A stretch of DNA of 64,000 bases, from assembly GCF_018350175.1 (NCBI RefSeq), contig NC_058368.1, positions 211,980,001 through 212,044,000 of the forward strand, given 5' to 3'. A program made the translations under genes and the position numbers. The DNA is from Felis catus (Eukaryota). A model generated the notes under the pieces. The model was not told where the DNA came from. It worked only from the letters and a program-made list of their open reading frames with translations, and searched no databases. Below are positions 36,984 to 49,019 of this stretch, piece after piece (within the stretch, counting starts at the first letter, position 1; each line of letters begins with the position of its first letter).

Positions 36984-37276
36984 GGCTCCTTCCTCTGGCC
37001 CTTACCTGAGAGAAGCCCTCCCTCTTCTACTCACACTTTCCACGCCTCTCACACTCCTCTTCCTCCCACCTTAGACTTCGGAAGAATGTATCAATCGGTA
37101 AGTTACTTAAGGGGAGGAGGCGTGTTCTGAGGTTTGAGCAGGAGTTTCTTTCCGCGGCCATGTCGGGGACATAGTCACTAGTCAGCCGGCCTAGGTCTGC
37201 TCTTTCACTCACATGTGCGCAGTCTCTCTCTCTCTCTCAAAATAAGTAAATAAACTTTAAAAAAAAAAAGGGGGGG

Positions 37277-37500
37277 GGGGCGCCTGGGTGGCTCAGTCGG
37301 TTGAGCATCCGACTTCGGCTCAGGTCACGATCTCATGGTCTGTGAGTTTGAGCCCCACATCAGGCTCTGTGCTGACAGCTCAGAGCCTGGAGCCTGCTTC
37401 AGATTCTGTGCCTCCCTCTCTCTCTGCCCCTCCCCTGCTCATGCTCTGTCTCTCTCTCTCAGTCAAAACTAAATAAAACATTAAAAAAATTAAAAAAAAA
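37277..37500 (+). mobile_element. Can-SINE
   Basis: Full SINE directly after the tail of the previous SINE. Confidence 0.95.
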
Positions 37501-39656
37501 GGGAATTCCATATAATAATGCCTGGTATGCTGGGGATTTTAAAAAGATGAACTGTAGTAATAAAGGAGGTGATGCAATAAGAAAAGATAAGAGTTCCAAG
37601 GAAAACAAAAGCTGTACCAGAAAGAAACTACTAGTACCTCTGTGGCATAGAGACCAACCCGGTAGAATAGTACTGGCTGGCAAGTTGTATCAGTACATAC
37701 TGGCTGAGGACCAGGTTTGTCTTGATGTTGGTTTAATAATGTAAATAGAGTTGTATGTATTAGTTTGATGGAAATAATGATATTGGGAGAATGGCAGAGG
37801 AATTGTGTAAGAGAGTCATCTATTATGGCAGGCACAGTACTTCAGAAAATGTCTAAAACTGATTAAAAAAAAAACAACACAGCATGTTATTTAGAAATAC
37901 AGCGATAGCTTCCAGAAGAATAAAGTTAAAAAAGCCAAAAGTCATTACCTCTGGGGATTGGGTGCAGTAGAGCAGAAGATTATTTTTTTTCGTAACAGCC
38001 TTTTAATAAATATTCTACTTTTTAAAGCTATGTGCTTGGGGTAATATGAAGTATTAAAAAAAATAACTTATATAACAATGAAATGCATTGTAGTAAACTT
38101 TATTAGACTCTAGATTACAAACGAAGAGTGAATAGCTCTAAAAGACATTTTGGGGACACTGGGAAATTTGGAAATGGAATGAAAATTTGGTTATGTTGTG
38201 GAATTGTTACGAATTTTCTTAGGTGAGGTAATGGAACTGTGATTGAATAAGAGAATGTCTGCTTCTTTGGACAAGCGTACTGAAGTATTTAATGCTGGAT
38301 TCCCACAGTCTCTGCAAGTTATCTTCAAATAATGCAGCATGTCCATTTCAGAGGAGGAAGAACACTAATATTTGTTGAATCTAGGTGGTGGCATATGGGT
38401 GTTTATTATAGTAATCCTTGAATTCTCTGTACTTTGGAAATTCTTTGAAATAAAACATTGGGGGAAAAAATCATTGCTATGTACTCTCGAAATCAACCTT
38501 TCCCCTGAAATGTAATATCCAGGCACTGCCTGTCATTTTGCAGACATATTGGAACTGTTTGCAGAGGGCTGGTTTTGGTGTGGTGTCTTCATACCCCGGA
38601 CAGCACCGCCATTAACTGTTTACGGGCCTTCTCCACTCGGATGCTGAGGGAATGGGCAGAATGGCAGGGAAATCAAACTCTAATGAAAAAGATGTCTGGT
38701 CAGCTCAGGGCCTGTTGAAGAAAAAAAAATCATTAAACGTCAGCGAGCACTGAGACATTCCATCGTCAGTGGTGTCACGATGTATTTTGCTCAATTCTAG
38801 AGCTCATTTCCTGGACCCCATGTAATACCACGGAGAAAATAGATCTTTTCGTTAAGCCCTAGTAAGAGAAGTAAGTCCTTTATTAGACCAAATTTTTGCC
38901 TTACTAATTTCTTCCCTGAAGAATTTGATGATTGTGAAGGAAAAAAAAATATACCTTTCCCACTATTTTATTTCTCCAGAGATGATGGCATTGAACTGCT
39001 GGACTCTCCATGCCCAATTCTTGTGTAATTTTAAAAGGAATATTGACAAGCTATAGTATGGTTGCAGGGAGGTTTACCAGATGGATTGGCACAACAGGAA
39101 GTAAAAAAGGGTTGAAGGAAATGGAAATATGTACCCCGAAAAGAGACGTGCTAGTGGCACCTGACAAATGGTATCCAATATATTTACATAGATACTATGT
39201 ATAGAAGATACAGACATATTCCGGTATGACTCCAGGAGGCAGAACTAAGATGATGAGTGGGTTATAGGGACACAGATTTTCTAACACCACAAAGGGAAAG
39301 GATTTCTAATAATTAAAATAATTTAGCCAAAGTGGATACCTTAGGAACTTATCTCTCCTTGGCAGAAGAACATTTGTGGTGCGGATGAGTGGAGTTGAGG
39401 ACATAGTTCCAGTATCAGCTGAAAAATTGAATCCTTGAAGTGTCTTAGGATAAGATTCTCTGATTTTAGAGAAAGCCACTCTTATTTCTGAATCAATGCT
39501 ATGTGCCAGCTGTTGTAATAGGTGCTTCTTCATAATGGTTCCTTTATTCTTTATCAAGTAGGCATTCCCCATTTCTCATATGAAGAAATGATTCCATCTT
39601 GGATCTTCTGCGGATCCTTTCCCTTCCAGCCCCTCCATCTCCAGGGGCTGCTTTCT

Positions 39657-39672
39657 TTTAATGTTTATTTTT

Positions 39673-39720
<48 letters not shown>

Positions 39721-39886
39721 GAGCAGGGGAGGGGCAGAGAGAGAGAGAGGGAGACACGGAATCTGAAACGGGCTCCAGGCTCTGAGCTGTCAGCACAGAG
39801 CCCTACGCGGGGCTCGAACTCACACTCAAGAGATCATGATCTGAGCTGAAGTCGGACATTCAACCAACTGAGCCACCCAGGCGCCC
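39657..39886 (-). mobile_element. Can-SINE
   Basis: 18-bp TSD ctccaggggctgctttct 39639-39656 and 39887-39904. Confidence 0.96.
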
Positions 39887-39936
39887 CTCCAGGGGCTGCT
39901 TTCTACACCTGGATTATTTCCAGGACTCTCAACTAC

Positions 39937-39959
39937 TTCTTTCTTTCTTTCTTTCTTTT

Positions 39960-40043
<84 letters not shown>

Positions 40044-40260
40044 TTTTAAGTTTATTTATTTTGAGAGAGAGAGAGAGACAGAGTATGCAAGCACACAAGT
40101 TGGGGAGGGGCAGAGAGAGACGGAAAAAGAGAAACCCAAGCAGGTTTTGCACTGTCAGCGTGGAGCCTGACACGGGGCTCGAACCCATGAACCTTGAGAT
40201 CATGACCTGAGCCAAAATCAAGAGTAGGCTGCTTAACTGACTGAGCCACCCAGGTGCCCC
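39937..40260 (-). mobile_element. Can-SINE with (TTTC)n-expanded tail
   Basis: SINE head at 40260; tetranucleotide run at about 39937-40045. Confidence 0.93.
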
Positions 40261-41931
40261 TACTCCCTTCTTTCTGAAGCACAGTCATTTAGGATTTTTC
40301 TGAGCTGGTATTCCCCTTCCCCCTACCACTTTAATGTTGTCTTCAAGGATGTAAAAGTCTGCTCTACTGAGAAAGAAGAATTTGTGTGTCCTTGGCTAAA
40401 AACGTTAGTTACTTTTTGACCTGTTGTTACAGGGCAGTGGGGGATTATGAATAACTAAAGTTTATTCTGCTCCATCTGTGACTTCAGGGGAGTTTAGAAA
40501 GCAGAGACAGTGAGTGTGGACTTATTCTTTAATGAAAGAGCCCTTGGGAAAGCAAATCTTTTTTTTTTTAATCTTTTCATTTTAGAGATGTAATGAGGAT
40601 ATAAACGCCTCACACTAGACCTCCTTCCTCTTCCTGTTTTAACCCTTCTTCTGCTGTGGCGCTTAGTGAAGTTAACATCTATCACATTCCCTCATGGTTT
40701 GCCTATTCCCATCACTAGTTCATCAGAGAAGACGTCCACCTTTGTCTCTAAGCCACTGTTAAACATCCCTGGAATGGTACGAGTTAGACCAAAATCACTT
40801 TGGTGGCCATGGCAACAGTCCTGGCTGGCTGCTTTGCTTTTTCCTCCAGGAGTCGGAGCACTTCCCAGGCAGGGATTGTTGCCCATCGTGGTGGGAGAAG
40901 CAGAACCAGGGCCGTGTTCTCCACGGCCCAGGAAGGGCTTTGTATCTTTCCCGTGGAGGATGTTTTCTGGACTGAGAAGGGTGACCTGCTGGGACATCAT
41001 GACAAAATAATGCTGTATCTTGGCTAAATCTGCCATCACGGTTTTCTGGTCTCCATGGGAGAGAGTGCTTCCACTGCTGCGAAGCTGGTTCTCCCCTGTT
41101 GTTCTCCCTGATAACATGTTTTCTGGGCCTCCAATACGCTGGCAGTTTCCCCCCCCCCCACTTCTTTTTAGTCGGGCTCCTCATTTTCTGGTGATGACAA
41201 ATATGGATGGCTGCTTAGAGCCGCCCCTCCTCACACCCAGAGGCAAAGCTGTAGAGAAATTCTGAGAAACAGAATATTTATCTGATTGAAGATTATTGAG
41301 AGGAGAAGTAGTCCCAAATGACCTTAAGTCTCTGACATCTTTCTTTTTGCTCAGGACTGAGACCATTTTGTAAGTCACTATCATCCATGAGGCTCCCGCC
41401 CTGTCCCTGAAGGCAGTGTGGGAAAGTTCTGATGAGTTTTGGTTGCTACAGTGTGTCTTAGCTGGTGCTCCTTGGTTGTCTTAGCTTATCTAGGGATGTA
41501 TGGTTTGAGATGTAATGAATTCCTTTTTTAATTTTTGAGAATAATAGGTTTGGTAGGGTTCTTCAGCATTTCTGTCAGGAAGCTTCTTCCAGACAGCCCA
41601 TCTTCTTAATGTGAAATGATCCCACATTTCAAATCCAAAAACATTTATTCAATTACAGAATCTACTTCCTAGAATGTTTTAAATTTTTTTGACCTTTTTT
41701 ATCACCCTGATCTGCCAAGATGTTATGGGCATTCTCTGTGAACCTCAGATTCAGGGGAACATTTTCCACAAACTGCAATCAACAATTGTTACAGCTGAAA
41801 CTTCTTTTAATTGAGATGAACTCAGTGTTTAATTGGGGTCATTGCTAATACTTCTCCATAACCTTAGTGTTATACTGGTTTGACGGTGGAAGAAGAGAAA
41901 AATAATCAAGCACCATCTAATAGAATAGTGT

Positions 41932-42113
41932 CATGTTTCCCAAAGTGTGATACATGGATTATTTGTACCGAAAATCCCAGGGTGCTAGCTAAAATGCAGA
42001 TTCCTGGGTTCATATTAGACGTACCGATGAGAATCTCTGGTCAAGACTCCTTGGCATATGCATTTTTAATAAGCTTTCCGTGATTCCTTTGCACACTAAA
42101 ATTGGAAATCAGT
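41932..42113. mobile_element. MER5-like MITE
   Basis: tttcccaaagtgtg...taaaatgcagattcctggg...gcatttttaataagc...gtgattcc. Confidence 0.65.
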
Positions 42114-42489
42114 AGGTCATCTGGTGTCTTGTTCTGTTTGGTGATTGCAGTTTTATTTCTAAAGATCCACTTTAGTGGGATGAATGGCTCTTCTTCTGTC
42201 AGAGACTTAGCCTTTCTTCCCTAAGAACAACAGTCAGGGAATCTATGTGAACAACTCTTGGAAATTATAATGGAATAAAAGTACTTAGCTCCCGGTACTA
42301 TCCGGCGGGAACACGAATTGGGAGACAGCCTTTCTACCCTTATGTGAGCAGAAGGTTTTCTTCCGGAACCAAAAACTGAGTACTTTCAAAGTCAACCACT
42401 GTGTTCACCATGCTGCAAGATGAAGAAGTGACTTAGTCACAGAGAAGAGTCCCAATACCATCACCTTGAGGAAATCCATGAGAGACAGC

Positions 42490-42690
42490 CACATTTACTG
42501 AAGGCCAGGCACTGTTTGTGGTAATTTTCACGTATTACCTTGTTCAGTTCTTACTAAGTCTCCTCAGCAAAGAACATGTTGTCATCACCATTTTACAGAT
42601 GAGGAAACTGAGGTCTCAGAGAGACCAAATTACTTGTGCAAAGCTCCACTGCTTGTTAGTGCTGGAGTTGACTGTTCACTCAACCTTGTC
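42490..42690 (-). mobile_element. MIR
   Basis: ccattttacagatgaggaaactgaggtctcagaga core. Confidence 0.85.
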
Positions 42691-43069
42691 TCCAAAGTTT
42701 GGCAAAAACCTGTGCTGTAGATACTATTTTCAGGGAGAAGAGAGGCCAAGACTTGGCATCCATGGTTGACCTAGAAATTGAAATTAATTGACTTGAAATT
42801 AATTGTATTGAAGATATAGGCCTTAATTCATTTGGAGAAATCCCATTTTGGGAATTAAGCTTGATTCTGCCCGAGAATCGACTTTCCAGGCTGACAAACC
42901 TGTGATGTGTCACAGGTTTGATTAGAAGGCCTCCACCATCACTTCTAGCTCTCAGACTATCAGCAAAGGAAGAACGTGAAATCTATTAATTCTGTCTCCT
43001 TTCAGATTTTTTCCAGATAACTCCGTGTACACCCCATCACCACTGATTCTTCCCTAGTTAGTGTAATAT

Positions 43070-43430
43070 ATACATACGTACATATAGGAGATTTATCGTC
43101 AAGAATTGGCTTGCACAATTATGGAAGCTGCAAACTCCCATGATCTGCAAGCTAGAAAACCAAGCAAACCATTGCATAATTTAGTGTGAGTCTGAGGCCT
43201 GAGAAGCAAGGGAACTGAGGGTGTATAAGTTCCTGTCTGAGGGCCAGAGAAGATCTGACTCTCAAGGGGTTGGATGATGGCCACCCCATAGTGGGGAGGG
43301 CATTTTACTTTACTGGGTCCCACTGATTAAAATGCTAATGTCATATGAAAACACCCTCACAGACACATGCAGAAATAATATTTAATCAAGGCATTCCATG
43401 TCCAGTCAAGACATAAAATTAACCATCACA
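43070..43430 (-). mobile_element. MLT2-like ERVL LTR fragment
   Basis: aagaattggcttgcacaattatggaagctg...acataaaattaaccatcaca end. Confidence 0.8.
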
Positions 43431-43469
43431 TCAGGCATCTGTGGGAAATGTTCCATAGGCTATCATACT

Positions 43470-43880
43470 GTTATTAGGCACTTATGTGCTAACATTCATT
43501 CAGGTGCTTTATACTGACTCATTTAATATACACAATAAGTTTTAATAAGTTAACAAGTTACTCTCACTATGCATATTTTTCAGATGAGCAAACTGAGGCC
43601 CAGAGAGAAGTTAAGTTACTTGCAGCTAAGAGACGAACCAAGCAGGTAGACTTGAGAGACTTTCTTTCCTCACCACTTTGTATTATTATGCTTACTGTGG
43701 ATGATGCTACAGTGCATTTATTGAGTACCAGTAAATATGGTAAAGCCTTCTGCTGGGAACTTTACATACGACAACTCTGATAGATACAACCCTGCAAACT
43801 AAGGTAGATTTTGCCCCACTTTACAGATGAGAAAACTGGGGCTCCCTGTATTGACTAGTTTGACCAAGATCACACAGATC
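43470..43880 (-). mobile_element. two MIR copies
   Basis: cagatgagcaaactgaggcccagagagaagttaag and ccactttacagatgagaaaactgggg cores. Confidence 0.8.
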
Positions 43881-44296
43881 ATGCTATTTCCATTAAACCC
43901 TGTAATGGATTTTTCCTCTTATATTTGTTTTGGAATCCATTTCATTAACTTTTTTTAAGTGAAGGGATTTTTTTTTTCCTGCTATTTAGACTCCAAATTG
44001 CCAGCCAGTGAGTGGGATTGGTCTTTTGTATGTTAGGGTTGTGGCATGGGAGACGTGTGAGGACATGTAGGTTGACATCCCAGAGCTCGCAGAGGAACAA
44101 CTCCTTCTATAAGTGGAGCCTGGCTTCCAATTCTATATGATCACGACTCCAGTCCCAGGCTCCTGCTGGGACATCCACGCCCCTTCCATTCTGGTCTCAG
44201 GACAATGGCAGCCCCCTCTCACAGTCCTTCTCCTGCCAAATTTGCTCCTGATGATTCATTTTAATTTTGGCAAATGTTGCATTTTTTAATACTTAC

Positions 44297-44384
44297 TTCT
44301 CTCTCTCTCAATTCTCTGAAGTCTGTGTGCAGTACATTGGTGTTTTCAAGCTGACTCCTGATTGACTTGATCTCGAAAAACAAA
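44297..44384 (-). pseudogene. candidate small exon (88 nt)
   Basis: Acceptor ttcactataacag|T and consensus donor GAA|gtaagt; open frame LFFEIKSIRSQLENTNVLHTDFRELRERE. Confidence 0.35.
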
Positions 44385-44417
44385 CTGTTATAGTGAAATG
44401 TCACATTTGTTTGTTTT

Positions 44418-44638
44418 TCTTTTAATTTTTTTTAATGTTTTTATTTATTTTTGAGACAGAGAGAGACAGAGTACAAACAGGGGAGGGTCAGAGAGAGAGG
44501 GAGGCACAGAATCCGAAACAGGCTCCAGGCTCCCAGCTGTCAGCACAGAGCCCAACGTGGGGCTTGAACTCACAGACCTCGAGATCATGACCTGAGCCGA
44601 AGTTGGACGCTCAACCGACTGAGCCACCCAGGCGCCCC
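44418..44638 (-). mobile_element. Can-SINE
   Basis: SINE body; TSD ttgt(t/c)tgtttttcttttaa. Confidence 0.95.
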
Positions 44639-44827
44639 TTGTCTGTTTTTCTTTTAAAGTAGGTCTTCATATTTGCCTTGATTACAGCCCTCATCACTGT
44701 ATGATCCATATGCTGGGGATCTCCTTTGTTAGTCAGCCAGTCTCTAGAAATATGGGTCCAATATGGTAGCTATTAACCACCTGTGGCTATTTTAATTCAA
44801 GATAATAATTAAGGTTAAATAAAATTG

Positions 44828-45877
44828 GATCATATGGTATTTTTATTTTTAATTTTTGGGGGAGCTTCCATACTGTTTTCCCTAGTGACTGCACCAATTT
44901 GCATTCCTACCAATAGTGCACAAGTGTTCTTTTTTCTCCACATCCTCACTATCACTTGCTATTTCTTATCTTTTTGATAGTAGCTATTCTGACAGTTTGA
45001 AGGTGATATCTCATTGTGGTTTTGATTTGCATTTCCCTGATAGTCATGTTGAGCATCTTTTCATGTGTCTGTTGGCCATCTGGTTGTCTTCTTTGGAAAA
45101 ATGTGTACTCAGGTCCTCTCCCCATTTTTTTAATCATATTTTTTTGGTGTTGAGTTGTAGAAGTTCTCTATGTGTTTGTTTATCCTTATCAGACATATCT
45201 TTTGAAACTATCTTCTCCTATTAAGTAGGTTGCCTTTTTGTTTTGTTGGTGGCTTCCCTTCACTGTGCAGAAGCTTTTTATTTTGATGTAGTCCCAATAG
45301 TTTTCCTTTGCTTTTGTTTTCCTTGTGTGAGGACACCTATCTAGAAAAATGTTGCTATGGCCAATGTCAAAGGAATTACTCCTTGTGTTCTCTTCTAGGA
45401 TTTTATGTTTTAGGTCTCACATTTAGGTGTTTAATCCATTTTGAGTTTATTTTTGTGTACGGTGTAAAAAAGTGGTCCGGTTTCATTCTTTTGCATGTTC
45501 CTGTCCAGCTTTCCCAGCACCATTTATTGAAGAGACTGTCCTTCCCCACCGTAGATTCTTGCCTTCTTTGTCATACATTAATTAACCATATAAGCAAGTG
45601 TTTATTTCTAAGATTGATTTGGGTGTCCGTTTTTATTCCAGTACCATACTGTTTTGATTAATACATCTTTATGGTGTATCTTAAAATCTGGAATTGTGGT
45701 ACTTCCAGCTTTGTTCTATGATTCAATAATTCCACTACTGGGTATTTACCTGAATAAAATGAAAATACTATTTTGAAAAGATACATGCACTCCTCTGTTC
45801 ATTACAGCATTATTTACAATAGCCAAGATATGCAAGCAACCTGAATGTCTATTGATAGATGAATGGACAAAGAAGAT

Positions 45878-45921
<44 letters not shown>

Positions 45922-46400
45922 ACACACACAGAATAATATTACACAGCCATAAAAAATGAGATCTTGCTATTTGTGACAACTTGGAGAGACCTTAGAAGAT
46001 ATTATGCTAAGTGAAATAAGTTATACTGAAAAAGACGAATACTATATGATTTCAGTCATATGTAGAAACTAAAAACAAAATAAATGAATCAACAAACAAA
46101 CAAAAAGTAAAATCAGACCTTTGAATACAGAGGACAGAACTGATGGTTGCCAGAGAGTATGGGGGATGGGAGGATGGGAAAAATGGGTGAAGGGGAGTGG
46201 GAACTATAAGCTTCCAGTTATGAAATGAACAAGTCATGGAAATAAAAAGTATAGCATAGATAATGTAGTCAATGATACTGTGACAGCGTTGTATGGTGAC
46301 AGATGGTGACTACACTTGTAGTGAGCATAGCATAATGTATAGACTTACTGACTCACTATGTTGTACACCTGTCAACTCTACTCAAATAAAATATTTTGAA
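44828..46400. mobile_element. L1 with 5' inversion (minus 44828-45717, plus 45718-46400) inside a MER33/MER3-like element
   Basis: Both arms start at the same L1 position (ccatatgatcc); MER33-like halves at about 44750-44825 and 46635-46715. Confidence 0.85.
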
Positions 46401-46403
46401 AAA

Positions 46404-46633
46404 GGGGGGCCTGGGTGGCTCAGTCGGTTGAGCATCCGACTTTGGCTCAGGTCATGATCTCACAGCTCATGGGTTCAAGCCCCATGTCAGGCTCTGTGCT
46501 GATAGCTCAGAGCCTGGAGCCTGCTTCTGATTCTGTGTCTCCCTCTCTCTCTGCCCCTAACCCACTTGCATTCTGTCTCTGTCTCTCTCAAAAATAAATA
46601 AAACATTAAAAATTTTTTTTAATTAAAAAAAAA
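46404..46633 (+). mobile_element. Can-SINE in L1 tail
   Basis: SINE body and A tail. Confidence 0.94.
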
Positions 46634-47196
46634 GTTAAATGAGGCTTATGGCTATCAAATTGGACAGTGCAGATATAAAACATCTCCACATCACAGGAAG
46701 TTCTCTTTGGCAACAGTTCCAGGAGATAGGGACCAGATCTGTACTGTTACAATATCTGCCTGACATATGGTAATTACCAGGTTGGATGCATCAGGGAATG
46801 TCTTCCTGGCTTGAGTTTTATCTCCTCAAACCACATGAATTACTAGTGCTGCCAAGACTAATATGCACAATCTTCATGAGTCTATGTCATTACCAGTCAC
46901 TCTCCCCTTTGGCTCCATGGAGGCGTATCAGGGAACTCTTGGGATCACAGCAGAGAGTGGGATATTCCTGTAGGAATCTTCTCAGTGGTCTTATATCTAT
47001 ATTTTGTGGTTTCTATCATCTCTTGACTTCTCACTTAGGGTCCTGGTTACATATTAAATGATAAAACCCTCTGCCTCTTGCAGACCAGCAACAAAAATGT
47101 TAATAGTTCTGTCATGGCTTGAGGGCTCTGCCAAGTGTTTTGTAGACTAGAAGTGCAGTCTTCTATTTTTGCCCTCTTAAAAGCACTCTCCCTCGA

Positions 47197-47398
47197 GGGG
47201 CGCCTGGGTGGCTCAGTAGGTTAAGCGGTTGACTTCAGCTCAGGTCATGGTCTCACAGTTTGTGAGTTCGAGCCCCGCGTCAGGCTCTGTGCTGACAGCT
47301 CAGAGCCTGGAGCCTGCTTTGGGTTCTGTCTCGCCCTCTCTCTCTGCCCCTCCCCTGCTAGCATGTTGTCTCTGTCAAAAAATGAATAAACATTAAAA
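47197..47398 (+). mobile_element. Can-SINE
   Basis: TSD aaaagcactc(t/g)ccctc. Confidence 0.95.
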
Positions 47399-47711
47399 GC
47401 ACTCGCCCTCACTGGTCTTCATCTTCCCTGAATCCCAGCACTGGAATCTCTAGCACCTAGGGAGGTACCCCTCACCAATACACACCTTTCTAGAGGGTGC
47501 TCTATATCAAATCTTGTCTTCCTGGCTGTATTATAAGCCTTGAGGGCAGGAGTCACTACCCCTCTTAGAGCTCTTAGCACAGGGATGGCCCAGTGATACA
47601 GATATAGATTTATAATCTATAAGGATGATTTCGGGGATGCATTTTTATCCTTTTCCTCTGTATTATAATGGGGGACAGGTGGTATCTTTTCCAGTGATTC
47701 ATGCACTATAC

Positions 47712-48032
47712 CTGAATATCTTGGGTGCCTCTTTATCCCAAACCATTATGTTGCTCATGTTGTCTTTGTCACCATGGGAAGAAAAAGTTGATCTGGTAAC
47801 TTCTGAAATTTTCAAATGAAAAGGAATTTCTTTCCAGGACAGGATGATGAGTTTTGGCAGCATTGTTCCATTGCACAGCTCCAGGGGGGTACATTCACAG
47901 CTTTTTCCTATGTAAATAGCACCCGCTTCCGCTGTGCTACACAGCGTCCTGAGGGATGGAACTGATTTGGCAGTTCTCTCCTATGTCGTCTGCAACACCA
48001 TTGTTGTTACTCTTCAGTCTGCAGGGTTTTAC
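47712..48032 (-). pseudogene. candidate decayed exon (321 nt)
   Basis: Acceptor ttttgccacag|GTAA and donor CAG|gtatag; one frame open for about 89 codons up to the donor (ERTAKSVPSLRTLC...EAPKIF). Confidence 0.45.
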
Positions 48033-49019
48033 CTGTGGCAAAACTGGAAAGCATGCCAGCACAGGTTAGGTGACTCTTCAGGGTGTCTAGGCTGTGTGAT
48101 TCTAGAACACTCCATTCACAAATTCCTTGTGAGACACTGCCCGTTTCCCACTAGGCCCAAATCATTGCAGTAACTAAAGTATGGTGTCAATTACATCAAG
48201 ACGACTAACACTTTTGATGGGTGGAGAAGAGGTTGTAGACAACTATTCAGTCTGAGACTAGGGAAAGTAAATTGGATCCAAAGATTCTGTGAAGGTCCTT
48301 CCCCACCTTTCCTTAGCAGAGAGTAGTAGAGGTTCAATGACAGCTGACTCACGCCAAGGTGGCTCAGCCCCTTGTCTCATCACCACCAGCTGAGTTTGCC
48401 TGACAAGCATAAAGCAATACGAAGAGTCTGATTTAATAGGCTTTAAGACATCCACCTGCCTTAAAATCTTTTCCTTTGTTCAGTCTCTAACAGTTGAAAC
48501 CAATTAGTAGACACTTTTTTCTTTTGTGTCAAGTAATGCTTCCTGTGAAGAATTAAGGATAGGCTTAACATTAATTTATTAGTGTTAGAAATCAGAATAA
48601 TGGTTACCCTTGGGGAATGGTATTGACTAGGAAGGGAACAGGGAGTTTCTCAGCTGCTGGGAATGTTCTGTTTCTCTATTTAGGTGTTCCATCTGTGAAA
48701 GATTTATGGGACTTTACAGTTATGATTTGTATATCTTTCCATATGTTTATAAATCTTCAAATTAAAGTTTATTTAAAACAATTCTTAGAAGATAGCCTCA
48801 GGAAGCATTCACAGATATTTATAACTTAGTTAAAACAAGGACATGAGCTTGTTTCCAAAAGGGAGTTAGCAGTTTGCTGAGACTACTGGATGCCGAGGGG
48901 GAAAGAGTAGATAACAATGGAGAGAAAGGGCCAATTTGTCTTCTTTGAGCTTATGTCTGGGGTTCATTCTGCCTTGGTTCTTCTGGGAACAGAGTACAAT
49001 TCCCCAGTGAGTTACATAC

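Larger units (their letters stand above)
36297..37207 (-). mobile_element. solo ERV LTR (gammaretrovirus/ERV1-like)
   Basis: Minus strand TGAAAGA...ATAACA termini; 5-bp TSD ctcac 36292-36296 and 37208-37212; CCAAT boxes, TATAAAA and AATAAA in LTR order. Confidence 0.88.
36136..37269 (+). mobile_element. Can-SINE split by an LTR (36136-36296 and 37213-37269)
   Basis: SINE head and body stop at ...ccccctgctcac and resume at atgtgcgcagtctctctc...aaaataagtaaa. Confidence 0.9.
39340..41874 (-). pseudogene. candidate decayed very large exon (two SINE insertions)
   Basis: Acceptor ttatttttctcttcttccaccgtcaaaccag|TAT and donor AAG|gtatcc; consecutive minus ORFs 41181-41384, 40692-41117, 40494-40685 and 39306-39572; no MIR or L2 seen inside, MER5 just outside the acceptor. 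Confidence 0.55.

Noticed and set aside
42429..42445. 17-nt match (tgacttagtcacagaga) to the reverse complement of the 123-bp insert
   Set aside because: The similarity does not extend on either side, so this is not the donor
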